DNA of 62,845 nt, counting the filler, from Collodictyon triciliatum (taxonomy: Eukaryota), in assembly GCA_043381765.1 (NCBI GenBank). It is 14 parts of 14 records of this genome, joined end to end, with 100 filler letters (N's around TTAATTAATTAA, not from the genome) between each part and the next. Parts side by side here need not be neighbours in the genome. Positions count along the whole stretch, not along the records: positions 1 to 4,402 come from JBHJMP010006141.1; positions 4,503 to 8,905 come from JBHJMP010006142.1; positions 9,006 to 13,406 come from JBHJMP010006143.1; 11 more parts are not named here. One strand, 5' to 3'. Under the pieces are notes generated by a model that did no database searches, had not been told where the DNA came from, and saw only the letters and a program-made list of their open reading frames with translations. A program made the translations under genes and the position numbers. Of the stretch, positions 1 to 13,290 are shown piece by piece (position 1 is the first letter of the stretch; every line of letters begins with the position of its first letter).

Positions 1-131
1 CAAACAAACAAACAAACAAACAAACAAACAAACAAACAAACAAACAAACAAACAAACAAACAAACAAACAAACAAACAAACACACATGCAAACAAACAAG
101 CAAACAAACAAACAAACAAACAAACAAACAA
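1..131. repeat. (CAAA)n microsatellite at contig start
   Basis: Near-perfect tandem CAAA seen directly. Confidence 0.95.
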
Positions 132-154
132 AGCCTGCAAATTACATATTCATT

Positions 155-550
155 TGCGATTCCAAAGCACCCTGGGTAATCCCAAGGGTTGTGTTCTGCA
201 GTTCTTATAGAATGGGCTTGCTTTCTGTCGCTCCGGCAACCCAACCGAAGGGGAATACTGTCTATTCAGGCTGGAAAGCCTTGTGCGCGATGCAGCTTCT
301 TGAATTTCTGGCTGAAACGCATCCACGTTCGTTCCTGCTCAGCAAGATGCAAGGAGAGATGTACAAAGGACTATTTGATTACATCTCCTATCACATGTCC
401 AACGACATGCTGTCCACACAGCCGATAAACCAGTCAGGTCACCCGCTTGACCACCTCACCATCACTGGCTTCTTTTCGCTGGGGCTTCTACCGTTTATCC
501 CTTTTACTTGCGTCTGCTCTCGACCATGCACACTTTATTCACCCCTTGAG
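155..550 (+). mobile_element. Diverged 3' fragment of the L1/Tx1-like non-LTR retroelement family
   Basis: Aligns by eye with 15790-16185 and 56995-57170; compare STQPINQSGHPLDHLTITGFF with PTQPINQLGRPPDQLAITDFF. Confidence 0.7.
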
Positions 551-744
551 AGGCCCCAGCAATTTCAGGAGTTTATATATGTGAGAAATAAAAGTGACAA
601 AGAACAATGGGGCTATTGAGAAGATTGAATTTATTAGCAAATATTCCTGATAAATTAGTGTGGTAAACGTAGAATAAACAAAGCTGTGATTAAAATGAGT
701 TGGACGTCATCAGAGCTCGTGTGTGTCATAATACAGACTCTCCC

Positions 745-3700
745 TCATCAGGATTTAGTGTTTGTGAAGCCAGAAGGAGTTGTTGGGCGACCAGTGTTGC
801 GTGCGTGTAAAACCTAATGCTGTCTATTAGAAAAGAAAAACTATAGAGGGCACAGTACGGCGCCTATGGCTATTGATGCGACAAGAGTCAAAACTAAAAA
901 GAAGTTATCTATGATATGGATTGATTAAAATGCTTTTGTCTGGAAACATGCTTGCTCAAGAGGGAAAATTGCGGTGAAAACATCAGCTACACTTCGTTCG
1001 CCATTACCAGAAATATTAAAGTGTGTGTTGTGTTACAAAGGCATTTCAAAAAGTAACAGACCTTTGGTTTTGGCTGGCCTGGACTCGGTTCTCTGTATTG
1101 CACCGATTTGTATTGGGTCTTCTGAAACTCGACCAAAGTGGGCGAAGGAACACAAGCGCGCGGAGCATCATCCAATGAGCTGCGGGTTGACAAATGATTC
1201 CCCGCGTTCTCTTTGGACGAGTAAAACGGAGAGCGGAAACTGAATAAATAATGCGATATGATAAGCCAAAGCATTCCACTCGCTCTCATTTATGTATATT
1301 GTTATCTCTCTATGTGTGGCATCATCAAGCTCTTGGCTTCTGTCATACTTTGTAGTGGACGGATTATATCCAATATTTTCGGGTTTCTCAACTTGCATGT
1401 AAACAGCCTCGGGGTTAAAGCGTGGGTCGGAGGAAGGTATGGGAATCGACACTAATTTTCAAATAAATTGATAAGACGAATAATGTGCACAGGAGGCATG
1501 AACGATACGTGCTATTTACTTGAATACAAAAACGTGTATTCGGTTGCTTCATACACAATTGGTATCATTCATATTTTGGGGTTACCTTCACCCCCACTCG
1601 GCTTCATCAAAGACATCGCCTCCAGATTCAAAGCGCAAACACCTTTCAAAAATGCACCCTTCAAGTGGTCCTGCAGCCTCTGATTTTCTTGCTCGCTTTC
1701 TTGGATTTTAACTCGAGCATCTTGCAACTCATCCATTAGCTTACATATGTTGGATACTTGTATTTAGAATATAGTATAAAAAAAACATACATGGATTGTA
1801 ATACTGCCACGAAAACAAATTGTCTGTATTCAAATATTTAAGATCGAAAAGCGAAAAAAAAATCACTTACATTTTTTAATCTAGACTCATAGTCAGCGAT
1901 AAGACGACTGGTAACATCGTCCACTTTTTCCTAAGTCAAAATTAATCACCAACAAGCTTATTTCTATGAATGTGATGTACGGTAATGTCCATAATGAAAC
2001 TCTGATGTGCCCAAAATTCACCTCCCATTTTTTCTCACGTTCAAGCTTTCGGCCCATATAAGCTACACCTCTCCAGGACATTAGAATCTAGTTCAAATTT
2101 ATTTAGTCCATCAGATGTATGAGACAAAATTCTTTTTTTTTTTAAAAAAAAAAAAGGACAAATATGATTGGTATTCTAGCTGGTTAAAGACTTTTCCACA
2201 GAAAGAAAACTAATAATTGGCAAGAATGTGTTTCTTACTATACCTTTCGTACTAATGTTTTGCGGTAGTGCAACTTAGCAGATCTATATTTTGCTTCTTT
2301 CAATCTGGTGTGTTGCCGCACTGCGCGCCAGTGGTAGAAAGCTCTCATCAACTGCATGGTATCCTTCTAACAATTGATATGAAAAGTTGATGATTGGACG
2401 GTGGAAAATAATAATGATGATACGAAGAATTCATTTTATATAACATCGCTATAGATGATACATATGTGACACAAGCCCTAACAAATATGTTGGTGTTAAT
2501 TAATGATAGATGACAACTAACATGTCTTCTTCCTAGATAAAAAATATGCCCAGCCATTCTATTTTCAGTCTTCTCCTTGTGTTCTATCCCCATAAGCATC
2601 TCCGCAATTTTCTCCTTGTTTTCTTCAATTTTTTCCTTGTATCGTTTTTTTTTTCATGCCACAATTTGATATAAAATTAGTAAAATCAAATATTCATGCA
2701 CCTTACATAGGTATACAATTGTTAGTGACAGAATTCTATCTTTTCAAACAAGATTTTTTCTGGAACGATAGACAAAAATAAATTTCGCATGGACAAGTTC
2801 ATTGCTTGATCATTTAGAAACTTACTTGTTTTTGTGCTACTTGTAGGTGCCCAAGTTTTCGCTCTCTTTCAATTAGCTCTTTGTACCGCTTCATCATTTG
2901 GGTTTTCGTTTGCAAGACTGTGCTCTGAATAATTGAATGGAAGTAGTATTATATCACTAGAATTATGTATACAATACCCAATTATTTTACTGAACCATAA
3001 ATGCTGATTGCTTGAATAAACCATATGCTTGCAGTCTTACCATTAGACTCTTTCTAAATGTCGAGTATTCCTTATCGAACTGGGCACCGATAGCCTCGAT
3101 CTCATATTCAGAGGCGAAGAGTGCGGTGATGTCATGATTTTCTGCCAACTGATCCGATTCCAACGGCGGCATCACCGAACTGTGATTCATCAAAGGAAAG
3201 TGGCTTGTGTTGTGACGACTTGGAACACTGCTTTGGAGTGGGGGCTTCTAAAATAATATTTAAGAATGAGAATTGATATTGATAATTTAGTTGTTCCAGT
3301 GGCACAGAATTTTCATTAAAGGAGTTCGAGAAAAAAAATCTGCGCCTCAAATTTGATGCTAATTTAATGTGATACCCACCGAAACTCTTTATGTCAAGTA
3401 TGAGAAAGAACGTCTATGAATTTATTGATTGAATCGTACTGGTACTGTTGATGCTGTAGTCATGTTCATTCCCTCTCGACTTTGGGTATCGACCGACATT
3501 GTTTTTGTTTCTGTACGTAGCGCTGCGTGTAGGTATTTATATGGGGAATTTAATACGCAACAAAAAAAACTATTGATATGTTAATGCTGACGTATGATTG
3601 ATGAATCCGGATGTGTAGTAGGTTTGAGAATTGAAATAAGTGTAAATAAAATGTATAAAAAATGATAGGAAGATGAGAATGAGAAAAAAATATCAATAGT

Positions 3701-4030
3701 TCTGCTAAATGAATTGAATTCGAATTGATTGTCTATAAACTCGCACAATTTATCACTGGTTTTGTGTCTTCAAGCCCGTAGTCAGATGGCTCTGGTATTA
3801 CTCGTCCCGACATGAACGATGAGTACAGCGGATGCTTGCTTTCTTCTTCAGACTCAGCTACTGAATTCCTCTTATTTGTACTTCCAGCATATTCAGACTC
3901 TCCCTGAATCCCGAAATACTGGTCGTATACCTCTGGATGATTCATCAAGGTGTATTGAATTTCAGAGACATCCTTCTCTGCGTTAGAATAGAAACTGCTC
4001 GAGGATGGACGATTCCTGAGATTCCCAAAA
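745..4030 (-). CDS. POC5: Centriolar protein POC5 (multi-exon, 5' partial, 3' end approximate)
   Basis: Spliced exons give LMRAFYHWRAVRQHTRLKEAKYRSAKLHYRKTL ... LMDELQDARVKIQESEQENQRLQDHLKGAFLKGVCALNLEAMSLM (about 1600-1740). AFxxGVCALNLEAM is the POC5 hallmark. Introns are GT-AG. Confidence 0.85.
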
Positions 4031-4174
4031 TATTGATATGATTTGAAACTTATCACAAACATGCACCCTTATCAGTATAAAAAATGATAGATTACCAGGA
4101 ATAACAATGATAACACAATTCTAAAAGATTCAAACATAGCACCGTTTTGAGTGGCAAATGAATAAATGAATCAA

Positions 4175-4356
4175 TAGATGAATAGATACATAGATGAATA
4201 GATACATAGATGAATAGATACATAGATGAATAGATACATAGATGAATAGATACATAGATGAATAGATGAATAGATGAATAGATGAATAGATGAATAGATG
4301 AATAGATGAATAGATGAATAGATGAATAGATGAATAGATGAATAGATGAATAGATG
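4175..4356. repeat. (TAGATGAA/TAGATACA)n 8-mer tandem repeat
   Basis: Seen directly. Confidence 0.9.
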
Positions 4357-4402
4357 TAGACAGATAAATGATTAAAGAGATAACCATATAAACATTTAAA
4401 CA

Positions 4403-4502
4403 NNNNNNNNNNNNNNNNNNNNNNNNNNNNNNNNNNNNNNNNNNNNTTAATTAATTAANNNNNNNNNNNNNNNNNNNNNNNNNNNNNNNNNNNNNNNNNN
4501 NN
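4403..4502. other. Artificial contig-joining linker (N44-TTAATTAATTAA-N44); one of 13 in the window
   Basis: Identical 100-nt spacer with stops in all six frames at 4403, 8906, 13407, 17906, 22404, 26902, 31399, 35893, 40387, 44884, 49376, 53868 and 58358. The pieces between them are all about 4388-4403 nt, roughly sorted by length. The plain N runs at 9578-10317 and 14356-14645 are ordinary scaffold gaps. Confidence 0.97.
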
Positions 4503-4722
4503 TTTCCATTACATTTTCCATTACATTTTCCATTACATTTTCCATTACATTTTCCATTACCTATTCCATTACCTATTCCATTACCTATTCCATTACCTAT
4601 TCCATTACCTATTCCATTACCTATTCCATTACCTATTCCATTACCTATTCCATTACCTATTCCATTACCTTTTCCATTACCTTTTCCATTACCTTTTCCA
4701 TTATCTTTTTCATTACCTTTTC
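4503..4722. repeat. 12-mer minisatellite (TTCCATTACMTW)n
   Basis: About 18 tandem units with three sequential variants. Confidence 0.9.
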
Positions 4723-4774
4723 CTTTTCGTATTTATTATGAAGTTTTCTTTTACTCTCACTGCCCCGACAACAG

Positions 4775-5426
4775 ATATCTTCGTGGCGAATCCGCGGCAA
4801 AGTCCCATTTCCGATCGAATCCACCGCAACATTTATCGATTTGTTCCAGAAAGACAATGGAAGCAAGAATCCTTTTGATACCCAAACAAAGCGGCTCTAT
4901 TATAGCATGGCCTTGACTAGGTACCAAAAAAAAAAAAAAAAGCATAAAAAATGACATCAACAGAAAATAAAAGCATTTTAAAAAAGAAACATTAAACACA
5001 ACCACAATAAAAAAAAAAGGGTAGATCTACGATATTCTGTGGACGGAAATACAGAAGATTTATAATAGTTAGCATGCCAATAAATACACAGGGTTACTCT
5101 GTAGCCTTTTTGCTGAATTACTACGGTATATTGTGTAATTACATTACAGGTTTGTCAACTTTGTTGTCGATGTGCTCCAACAAGGACGATTTGCTCTTTC
5201 TATAAGTGTATTGGCAGACAAACTCGGACTCCCACAAGTTTTTGTCGACCTGCGTCATGATGCTACGCACGGAGAGCTTCCATCCTTACAATTACTTCGT
5301 TACGCCTCAGAAAAAGTATGTTTCGAGACTGTTTAGCTTTCATTTTAGTGTCGAAGATATCATCTCCCGCTTCATCTTTCTTTGTTCATTTATATATGTT
5401 TTGCTTCGTTCTTTCTGTTGTTCTTT

Positions 5427-5522
<96 letters not shown>

Positions 5523-7746
5523 AAGAGCTGAAACTATTTGTTTAACACTATAAACCACCTTAATTTGCATTTTCTTTGTCCTCAAAGGCAATACTTTGGT
5601 TACAAGAAAATTACTGGGACAAACAAGGACAAATATTAGAAAATCTTTCCAATAAAATTCGCCACCAGCTGACTTTGTACATCGAAAACTTGAAGGGAAT
5701 CGAATCATTTAATCGTAATTAATACTTCACAAAGGAAAGAGAAAAAAATGGGTCAACCTTTGCATCAATTAAGCAACTTTGATGGCAGTATTTCCCAAAA
5801 TGACAATATTCTAAATCTGCATCTAGAGCAACTATTGGAGGCTTGTCTGAACGAAATCCATTCCAACATATCATCCAACGGCGTTCGCGATTTGCTTATA
5901 CCAATTATTTTACAAGAATACATCTTCATAGGGTTCGTGACACCGCATTTCTATCGATTATACTACCAGTTTAATTATTATCTCCTTTCTTTCCTAATGC
6001 ATAAATTTAGATAAGGATATTTATGCTTCGAATGAAAATGATTTTAAACTATATATATGATTATGTATCCACACGACTCATGAATACCATTCTGTTCTTC
6101 TCCTGTCTTAGTGATTATAACTCATCACGTGCTATTGGATGGAAGATATCAAAATGGACACCTTTGATCCGGAAGTTTTGCGTATTCTGGCCTTACTTCT
6201 CAAACTACTTTATTTCATCAATTATCGATTCGATGAAATATACAGGTTCTTTCGATGAGCTCAGCAACAACCAAAAATTAGTAAGCAAAAGAAATGCATA
6301 CATGAAAGCTAAAGTTGAATACTTTTTTTTCTATTCATTCGAGAAAAGTATATATATACCAGATTTTAATTTCCAAGTCAATATCGCTTATTTTATTTCT
6401 CCAGAATGTCGAGCTCTCTTACAAACTGGTGGAGTTGGTCTTATCTGGACAAAGTGGAAACTCTAAGGGGAAAATAGTCAATCAAACAACGTTACACTTT
6501 TCTGACCTAGTGGAAGTTATTCTGAAATACCCGACTCCTTGGTTTAACTTATGTCTATATTGAATTTTTGACGAGTGTACATAGGATACTGTTATATATA
6601 CTCTACCTCTCGATGTATCCATATTTAGGTGCTGTAAAACAACCTACAGGTCTTCTGATTTGATTAGCCTGATTAATTCGAGGCACTATCCAATGCCAGA
6701 AAAACTCTTTAAGTTTATGAAGGCTTTGTTGAACTTTCCAGAGTCTTTTTCACTTCCTATCAGCCAGGCACCAAGTTTGTTAATATTTTTCTGGCTTTGC
6801 ATGTAGTATTTATACTTTTCATAATTATGGTCCTAATTCCGTACATGGTAAACTCGTCTCCCAGAAATAGCCATTAATCCGCAGGAAATGCTTTCTGATA
6901 TTGAAAAGGTCAAATCCAGAATTCTCGCGCAGGTATGCGGTCTGTATATCTATTGGTCCCTGCTAAAGTTGTTGCATTAAATGCTATTTTTTTTGACAAG
7001 TGATATAGACTAATTCGTTTCATGTAGCGCTTATTTTTCTTTGTAAAACTTGCCATGAGTAAGCACCAACCTTAAATCCAAAACAATATCGTTCAGAGAG
7101 AAGATTCAACAAAGAGCGACTCACATGAAAAACCTCGGTGGACTGCGCAAAAAAACTGGCCCCATTTTGCTCTTGGTTTGCTACCTGACGGGTCGCTGCC
7201 TTCTCTCGAGCTTCCAGATTTTTACAGAGATATTACGGAAGGTGAGCGAGTTAGCTTCTTATCTCCTCTGTGCTTACACTAATCATAACACACAAACATG
7301 AATCCGATGAGTTTATTTATTTTGGTTGAATTCTCCCTCTTAAGAAAAGAATTCAAGCCCTTTTTTTTGTCAAAGAACAACCATGATTGAACGATTCTAT
7401 ATTTTTGTCCTTGGTGTACGCATATTTTATTCTGTTGTTCTTCAAGGACATCCTTTGGGCTACTCTATTTACGAAAACTCTGATGATGAGAAATGCGCCA
7501 CTGAAAAAGCAGAGCCCGAGATAGATATCAGAACTAACCAAGAAACTAGGTGAGCACACAAAATAATATGACCAAGAATTATGTAATGACATTTGTGTGA
7601 TACACTCTGTGATACAAAATTGATATAGCGCAAAGCCAGATGTTGCTAGTTGTCAGCCTGATGAGCTAGAACCCGTCCCTAGGAAAAGACAACGAAAGCT
7701 AGTGGAAATCGACCACAGCAAACTTGGAGTTTTCCATTTTCAATGA
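4775..7746 (+). CDS. LAS1: Las1 HEPN endoribonuclease (pre-rRNA ITS2 processing), 5' partial, multi-exon
   Basis: Exons give [17 protein letters not shown]...[61 protein letters not shown]...[13 protein letters not shown], including the HEPN RxxxxH motif RHDATH. C-terminal [12 protein letters not shown]. Stop TGA at 7744-7746. A (CT)n tract lies in an intron at 5431-5520. Confidence 0.9.
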
Positions 7747-7913
7747 TAAAATGACACCTTTTCATCAAAAAAAGAAGTCTGACATATTCTGTCTGTTCAA
7801 AGTCGAATATCGACTGCATTTCTATTGCCATGAAATGAAGGATACATAAACAATTATTTTTAGTTACCTTCTTATCGAGTCACCCATCATTAATTTAATC
7901 AAATCATATCACG

Positions 7914-8905
7914 TTGTCAAGTGAGGACATTAGTTGTTTTCTGTGTCGGAAAGTATTTTTGAATGGGGTCGAGCAAATCGTTTACAGCAAGAACAAGGCC
8001 CGCAGGCCCACAGATGCACTCGCCTCCTTCTTGAAAGCGAACAAACTTTGGGAAGAGTCCATCCAATTGCACTTACCGGACAGAAAAGGCCTTTGCCTGA
8101 TTGCCTTCCGCACTGCAGAAAACGCCCGAAAGCTTCTGGAGCTGAAGCAGGTAAGTTTGATAGATGTTATGATCAGCTTCTGCAGAAGTAAACCAACAGA
8201 GACCTCGGTGATGCTCTACCAACTACCGCTGGACGTGTGGCCGCAACTCCTTCGCGAGGAGCTGAAGCCGTTCAGACCAACCCACGTGGAGATAAAAAAG
8301 GACAAAGGCTTCTTCACAGACACGGCCGTGGTGAAGCTTCTTTTTCACAATAACCAGCTCCCTGCAAAGTTTACGGTCATGGGCAAAAAGTGTCTAAAGC
8401 GCATCCTCAAAGAGCGTCCGCCAGCCGCGAACAACAAACGACAAGTAAAAGCCCCGCAAAAGAATACACCTGCCAGGCAGACAAGCAGCAACGAGGTCAA
8501 GGAAGCCAAGGCCAGGCAACAACAGAATCCGCAAGACTCGCAGCAGATACGCGCATACAGCGACAGCGACGATGACATGGAAGGAAATCTCGGTTCCTCT
8601 TCAGAATCCCCGCACTCGAGCCCTCCACCGCCAACACCGGACAAGCCCGCACATCGCAAGACCCAAGAGCAGCGCATCTCCCAACCCCGAAAGAAATCCC
8701 CCCTTAAACTACCCATTCAGACTGACGTGAATATGGTCAACATAGGAGGCCTCAAGGTAATCTTCGTTACTTATCCGAAAGGATACTCCAAAGCGAAGGC
8801 AACACAAGAACCAGCGCCCACCAAAGATAGTCCGTTTATGCTGCCCCAGCCCGTCGCACCGAGAACCAAGGAGCAAGAGCAAACAGCACAAGTCGAATCC
8901 AAGCT
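7914..8905 (+). mobile_element. Probable ORF1 (RRM-type) of a Tx1/L1-like non-LTR retrotransposon, cut by the contig end
   Basis: Intronless GC-richer ORF with no ATG at its start. TSVMLYQLPLDVWPQLLREELKPF...KGFFTDTAVVKL...LPAKFTVMG resembles the tandem-RRM ORF1 pattern, followed by a disordered Pro/Ser/Lys-rich tail. No CCHC knuckle seen. Confidence 0.55.
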
Positions 8906-9005
8906 NNNNNNNNNNNNNNNNNNNNNNNNNNNNNNNNNNNNNNNNNNNNTTAATTAATTAANNNNNNNNNNNNNNNNNNNNNNNNNNNNNNNNNNNNNNN
9001 NNNNN

Positions 9006-9155
9006 TGTGATTGTGATTGTGATTGTGATTGTGATTGTGATTGTGATTGTGATTGTGATTGTGATTGTGATTGTGATTGTGATTGTGATTGTGATTGTGA
9101 TTGTGATTGTGATTGTGATTGTGATTGTGATTGTGATTGTGATTGTGATTGTGAT
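9006..9155. repeat. (TGTGAT)n microsatellite
   Basis: Seen directly. Confidence 0.95.
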
Positions 9156-9239
9156 TTTGATTGTAATCTTAATTTAGATTCTATGGTGTTGTATTTCTAA
9201 GCGGCGCTGCTTTTCTATCTTTCTATTTTTGAAATGAAG

Positions 9240-9490
9240 TTGTGCAGGGAATGCGAGCTCCACTTTCCGCTGAGGAGTTTGCCGGGACTGCATCCCCGTT
9301 GAAATCAAGACCGTCAAATGAACTTTTATCCAACAAGGATATCACCACAAAATCGGCTGGAAATGATGGCGCAGAGACACAGGTCGCCGCAACAAACGAG
9401 TTCCACCAGACAAACAAGAGCGATGCAAACAGAGATGAAACATACGACGGACACGAAGGGGATAATCGGGCTCCACAGACAGACGCATGA
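9240..9490 (+). CDS. Probable last exon of an unidentified gene (low-complexity acidic/Ser-rich tail)
   Basis: Pyrimidine tract plus AG just before 9240, open frame to TGA at 9490, coding-like GC. Confidence 0.4.
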
Positions 9491-10372
9491 AGCTGTCACG
9501 CTTTGGAGTGCTGCCCGCATTTTAATACAAAGCTCTGCCTTGATTTCTTTGTGTAATCTGTCTCAACCTTTTTTTTTNNNNNNNNNNNNNNNNNNNNNNN
9601 NNNNNNNNNNNNNNNNNNNNNNNNNNNNNNNNNNNNNNNNNNNNNNNNNNNNNNNNNNNNNNNNNNNNNNNNNNNNNNNNNNNNNNNNNNNNNNNNNNNN
9701 NNNNNNNNNNNNNNNNNNNNNNNNNNNNNNNNNNNNNNNNNNNNNNNNNNNNNNNNNNNNNNNNNNNNNNNNNNNNNNNNNNNNNNNNNNNNNNNNNNNN
9801 NNNNNNNNNNNNNNNNNNNNNNNNNNNNNNNNNNNNNNNNNNNNNNNNNNNNNNNNNNNNNNNNNNNNNNNNNNNNNNNNNNNNNNNNNNNNNNNNNNNN
9901 NNNNNNNNNNNNNNNNNNNNNNNNNNNNNNNNNNNNNNNNNNNNNNNNNNNNNNNNNNNNNNNNNNNNNNNNNNNNNNNNNNNNNNNNNNNNNNNNNNNN
10001 NNNNNNNNNNNNNNNNNNNNNNNNNNNNNNNNNNNNNNNNNNNNNNNNNNNNNNNNNNNNNNNNNNNNNNNNNNNNNNNNNNNNNNNNNNNNNNNNNNNN
10101 NNNNNNNNNNNNNNNNNNNNNNNNNNNNNNNNNNNNNNNNNNNNNNNNNNNNNNNNNNNNNNNNNNNNNNNNNNNNNNNNNNNNNNNNNNNNNNNNNNNN
10201 NNNNNNNNNNNNNNNNNNNNNNNNNNNNNNNNNNNNNNNNNNNNNNNNNNNNNNNNNNNNNNNNNNNNNNNNNNNNNNNNNNNNNNNNNNNNNNNNNNNN
10301 NNNNNNNNNNNNNNNNNTTTGCTTTTGTTTTTCCCCTGTGCTGTTCAATTTTTCTGTTGAGATTAATCTTAC

Positions 10373-13290
10373 CACTCGAAATGGTCATCACATGCCAAGG
10401 CGTTTGCAATAGCCTTGAGTCCCGAGCGTGTCCTTATTTCCGATAAAAAAATATAAGTGCTACGTATCAGAAAAGAGTGAAATAAAACAAATAGGAATGC
10501 CCCTTGAAAGCTCGGTTTCCTTTCTATACATAAAAAATAAATAAATAATTAACTGTGTGGAATAGAGCAAGGTAGAGTTGGCGATTTGCTATGATGAGAT
10601 GTACCATGACGCGGTGGTCATTGAATATCTTCTATCAAAGAGCCTATTGATACAGTCGGCACACGCAATTAAGTCACGCACACTGGTAACTTCGCACGTA
10701 CTTTTGCAACATTTAATCTAAAGCAGAAGCATGAGAGATTTCTATAAGAAATATGGGACACATGCAGCCTAATCCAATGACTTTCTTTAGATCCAAAAAA
10801 GGGAAGAAAAAGAAGAAAAAACTAGGACGTAGAGCGAGAGCTTTTGGGATACCTGCCGTTGTAATTTGTATGAGTAAAGCATATTATGTGACGGGTTCGA
10901 TTTTAAATGCTGCTGCAAATGGCCATCAACGTCACAAAATATACCACCACAGTCCAAGCAGTTGGCAAGGTTTGATTTTCGCCCGCATGTTTGGCATTTA
11001 TGAGATGACGCGTGGGATTGTATTTCTTTGCATCTGATTTCAATTCGCATTTTTCATTTAATATTTACATTATATTGCTTTTTTTAAAATGTTTTTTTAA
11101 ACATGTTTTGCGAATAAGCTTCAACCAAAAAAAGTTCCTATACTAGCAACTTCCTGATGAGCAATCATTCAATCATTCCAGCTTACTTTTTGTGTAAATT
11201 TCGAAGCTTGTACGAGTAAATCAACGGAGTTTTCTGGAACATGTAAGCCTCCTCCTCGTTGGAACGCGGAGTGAATAGGACCTGCGGATTGGAAGGTAGA
11301 GGCGCTGGAACGTTGATAGAGGCTACGCAGTCGTCTCCAAGATGACCAACTTTATTACACTTCCAACTATTGCCATTTTTTCCATGTTAACCAATTCAAT
11401 CGCACTAGTAAAAATAAAAATAATAATAATTACAGAACCATAAGTTTAAAAACACGAAACAGTTTTTTTTTTGGATATACCCAATTAAAACGAAGTCGGT
11501 CGTTTGGCATCGTTACTCTTTTTTTTTTTTAAAAGGAACTAAATGATGACAAACCATCGAAAAGTTCCGAGACTTGAACCACGGTTGAAAAACTTATTTG
11601 TCTTGTTATCCCATCGGTCGACTGCTTCTTCAGGAAGTGGAATGACAGCAACAGCTTTTGGTTTCGTTACTCTCGCTTGCAATCCATTAACTGTTGAAGG
11701 GACAGATTTGTGGAGGACCGCACTTGAAGATGAGCTCATACTCAAAGGTACTGCAAAAATTGTAAAAAATTACAATCCATTTTTACATTTCTTCTGGGAT
11801 TATTGAAAAACAAAAACAAAAACGAAAAAAGTGATCAAAAGATTTCAAAGAATAATCTGAAGAGCAATACAGCAAAGAATTTCGGTGAATCACAGGAAAA
11901 TAGTTCAACAGTTTATTCTATTCTTAAAAAAAAAGCAAAAAGTGGTAGAGATGTTATACTTTCTGTTGACTTTTGGACAAGCCCATCTATTTCTTTAAAA
12001 AAGTCGGGCTTATGGGAATATGGATTTGATAAAAGTCTTTCATCTAGTGAAATTCAATCTTGATTGTTATCATTATGCGTTTTCTAACAGTTTGATAATC
12101 TAATGACTTCAAAAATAAAGGTGAAAAGGACCTTCTGAGCTCTCGTAGTACTCTATTCCAGGAATAATGCTGTGTTTGGTCAAAGGTTTCTTCGTTTCAA
12201 TTCTGCTGGTACATTCCTTTTCATTATGATACTCTCCAATCGCTTCATCAGATTCACTAAACTGGTTTATAAAAAGATATGTCATTTATTAAAGCGCGAG
12301 CTCGTCAACATCCCTGCCAATGCGAGAAACATTATTCAGCTAAGCGAAGTAAAAGTTTCGTGCCTCGCTTGTATCAGATTCTTGAACACCAAGGAGATCA
12401 CGAACGACATTCCTGCGTTTTGATTCGGGGTCTGGATGATAATCACATTTAAATATAAATGAATAATTTTCATCAAAATTCCAGATTCAACTTTACAGAA
12501 TATGGTCATAAAATGAGTTAAGTGATGGGCTCATTCAAATATGCCTCTGGAGAAAAGCAAGAAGTCATCTTTATATCAAAAAAAATAAACAAATAAAGTG
12601 GTAGGGTAGAAATACTCCCTATTGCCAAATGAAAAGTAGACTTACTTTCCCGCTTCTCTGGTGTATCATTACTTTTTCGCTGCAGTCGTTTCTCCTTTCT
12701 CTTCTGAATAGTTTCCTGGGCTCTATCAAAGCTTTCGAGCGTCTTAGATTTAATCCACAGTTAGAATGTTTGTTCGTTTTTTTTTTTTTAAAAAAAAAAA
12801 AGAGAAAAGGAAATCTTTGGAGGACTTTGCAGGGTTTAAGCAACTGTATCTTATATCATATTATGACAAGCCTCCATCATATTTCTCTGGATGGATCGTT
12901 TGAAAAACGTGACTTACTCGCCCCTGGGAAGAAACTTGGTAGGTAAAGAGTCCCTCAAAAGGATCCCCTCGCTTTAAAGAGTTCGGCAAGCTATCAGAGG
13001 GCAAAGACGCCCGACAATTGATTGGTTTGTCACAAGGATGGGATTATGCGTTCAAAGGATATCTTGCATCAGTCAATATTGTCGCATGATGGCGCAACAT
13101 ATGTGTCTGTTGGCGTCAAAGTACAAATGTAAAGACAGCATCCATGGACAAAAGAGACCTGATGAACTGCTTCTCCATGATGCCTCTGCGGTAGACTCTG
13201 CTGGCTTTTGATCGTCTTCGAATCTTGTTTCATCACAATCGCAATATCATTTAGTTTCCAGATATGCACGATTTCTTGATAAAATTCGTT
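10373..13290 (-). CDS. Multi-exon protein with a C-terminal ZnF-UBP-like zinc finger and extra Cys/His-rich segment (partial at both ends)
   Basis: CQTCGRKSNLANCLDCGGIFCDVDGHLQQHLKSNPSH (10850-11000) fits the UBP/BUZ finger spacing. It splices on to IKCCKSTCEV...CADC...TASWTRSGLKAIANALACDDHFEW and runs into the N gap. The upstream exons are low-complexity and their exact structure is uncertain. Confidence 0.6.

Noticed and set aside
4447-4458. TTAATTAATTAA palindrome recurring every ~4.5 kb
   Set aside because: It always sits in the centre of 44+44 Ns. This is an assembly concatenation linker, not a biological periodic element, and no synteny should be inferred across it.
4503-4722. Contig-end tandem repeats as telomeres or a CRISPR-like array
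   Set aside because: There are no unique spacers, the motifs differ at every contig end, and several lie in introns. They are simple repeats at which the assembly broke.
9318-10412. Long ORFs in the track spanning N runs (also 14094-15047)
   Set aside because: Artefacts of translating Ns.
10843-10852. GTATCC donor as a U12-type intron
   Set aside because: It continues GTATCCCA rather than GTATCCTT, and no U12 branch consensus was seen.
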